Part shown: positions 62,017 through 64,000 of the stretch, in pieces
Position numbering within the stretch: the stretch's first letter is position 1
How the letters are laid out: every line of letters begins with the position of its first letter
Assembly: GCA_012026655.1 (NCBI GenBank)
Contig: JAAILG010000925.1
Span: forward strand, 1 to 64,000
Origin: Hydrolagus affinis
Lineage: Eukaryota
Reading direction: 5' to 3'
DNA length: 64,000 nucleotides
The notes under the pieces: model-generated
Database searches by the model: none
The model's input: only the letters and a program-made list of their open reading frames with translations
Told to the model about the DNA's origin: nothing
Position numbers and translations under genes: made by a program

Positions 62017-63418
62017 TTTCGCCCACAAAATACACAGTAAATTCACCTCACTGTATGTTCTGTGAAACACTTTGAGGCGTCACGAAGATGTGATAAAGGC
62101 ACTACATCAAATGTAAGAATTATTATTATATAAAAAGAGCAATTCATGGGGTAAGAAAGAGAGAGAAATCCTTCAACTACTGTCTATTTGAAGAGAAACA
62201 TATCTTCTACAGGTTTAGAGAGGCAGGGAATTTTATTCCACGTTTAACTGGCAGAAGAACAGGTTGGACTAAACCAGCGCAGATAAAGAGGTGCTGTACT
62301 GTTGGATGATAAATATTTTCACCCTTCTCTTTTGTTATTGATGCTTTGCTGCTGTACAGTTCTACAATGGCCAGTGATAAAATTCCCTCAAGAAAAAAAA
62401 TGGTCACTTCAATCCTTCACTGTTTGTAGGACACTGTTGTGCGCAATTCGCTGCTGCATTTCACCTAGAAATATACAGTCAATTCACTTTACAGCATATT
62501 CTTTGAAGTGCTTTGAGATGTCTAAAATGTATGAAAGTGCTTTATCAAATGCAAGGATTATTATTAATTATTATAAAGTGGCATCACTGCTGGAAGCAAT
62601 CCAGCTTGCCTACAAAATGCCCACACTACACCTTGCAGCAAGAGTGACCAGCTGATTATTTTTTCGTCCTGAACTTTTGGACCCCGATTGCAACCCTCCA
62701 CCACCCCACAGGTTCTAACTAGCTGATGCATTCCTGCTTTGCATGGCAAATGTGTTTCAAATAGAACAGTTCTAGTTCCTGATCACTTATCTTCTGCTTG
62801 AAAAGCACGCATATGTGAGTCCTGGTTTGGATACAAAACCATGTATCGCCCCCTCCCCCCCGCCACTCCCCCACATGGTTCAATAGACTCATCTTTCAAG
62901 ATCACACATAAAGACTTGGGACAGGTATCAGGTGGGTGGCAGCACCCATGCCCGAGAAGAAGTTAGTGCCTTCAGAGAGGTAGAGAGAATACTTTAGGAG
63001 GAATACCTTTTCCTGCTGTGTTAAGGCACTTTGCTGACCAGTGGTTCGGTAACTCGTGCTCGCCAGAAGGACACAGAGACCTAGCAGTGATGGGGCAGGA
63101 CCTGCTACCCTGCTGCTCAAGGTGCTGAGAATTCACACAAGGCGGCAGCAGTGTTAACTTTGATGGCAGTATTGTACTACCATTCAGAGGAAATTTGATA
63201 GTTATTTGATAAAGAAATTGAGTGCGAAGTTGGAGAGGATGACACTGTAATGTAATGAGATAGACCACAATGATCCTTTTCCAGCCATGTACATTTACAT
63301 TCGCCCACAAATATACAGTCAATTCACTTTACGGTATAACCTGTGAAGCACTTTGAGGCATCTAGAAGACATGAAAAAGCTCTATATCAAATGGAAGGAT
63401 TATTATGTTTATTATCAT
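62017..63418 (+). mobile_element. Three 5'-truncated SINE 3' fragments (about 62017-62130, 62380-62573, 63298-63418)
   Basis: Each matches the family 3' part CCCACAAATATACAGTCAATTCACTTTAC...TGTGAAGCACTTTGAG...ATCAAATG. Confidence 0.75.
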
Positions 63419-64000
63419 CAATAGCAGCACTACAAAATATATGATAGCAGCAGCTTTACTTTAGAACTAAGTTCTGATTACGCTGAAACCAAAATGCAAG
63501 TGCAATATTCTGTTTTTCTCTCGGTCTCTCTATGTCCCACCACAAACTATTCTGAAGGCAAATATTACACATCTGTGTGAGCTCCAGCCACATATTCTGC
63601 GTCATGATCCTTAAACAAACCGGAACATTAACAGTTCATTACTGCTTGGAGCAGCAGCCTAGCTCTTGTTTGGTTAGCTACACTTGAAAAGTAAGAGGGC
63701 ATACGGTTTTGTCAAACAAGCTGAAGAGAGAATAAATGAAGCTCCACCTTTCGCTCACAGTGACGAGCCTCTCCTGCCAAGTTTGGAAACGATACAAGCA
63801 GTTGCTGTAACAGGGGGTGCTCAGTTGTGGATGTCTGAAGGGGGAAGAAACCTCTCAGAGTGGGTTTACCATTAAGTACGTGGTTAATGTGGGCTAGGAT
63901 GTTGTGGACACAGTTCCAGTTCTTAAAGAAAAGTGAGAGACATTGCACCATCAGGGAAATGATTAGTCTATCGCTCGACTCGTGACTCTAATGACAATAA

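Overview
Vertebrate genomic DNA, most likely a cartilaginous fish such as a chimaera (inferred from the SINE/L2 repertoire, not proven). It holds one protein-coding gene: a PRDM1/Blimp-1-family gene on the minus strand. Six coding exons (25426-25247, 18373-18254, 15095-14843, 7066-5970, 4592-4464, 2764-2189; exons 2-7 in human numbering) have canonical GT-AG junctions and join in frame to 2355 nt, i.e. 784 aa with a PR/SET domain and five C2H2 zinc fingers. A 3'UTR of about 1.4 kb ends near 770-797; the non-coding first exon and promoter probably lie around 27.0-28.4 kb. The remaining ~36 kb upstream has no recognisable gene and includes a 100-N assembly gap. Repeats include a young tRNA-headed SINE, older Deu-type and AmnSINE2-like SINEs, L2 LINE fragments, a palindromic MITE family, hAT-like termini and microsatellites. 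Most notable: a dense plasma-cell-type motif cluster just before the large exon, miRNA seeds in the 3'UTR matching known PRDM1 regulators, an open PRDM1 versus prdm1b/ZNF683 paralogue question, and two near-perfect intronic palindromes. I found no prokaryote-type system and no clearly new gene family. Comparisons to other species and repeat consensuses are from memory and need alignment.
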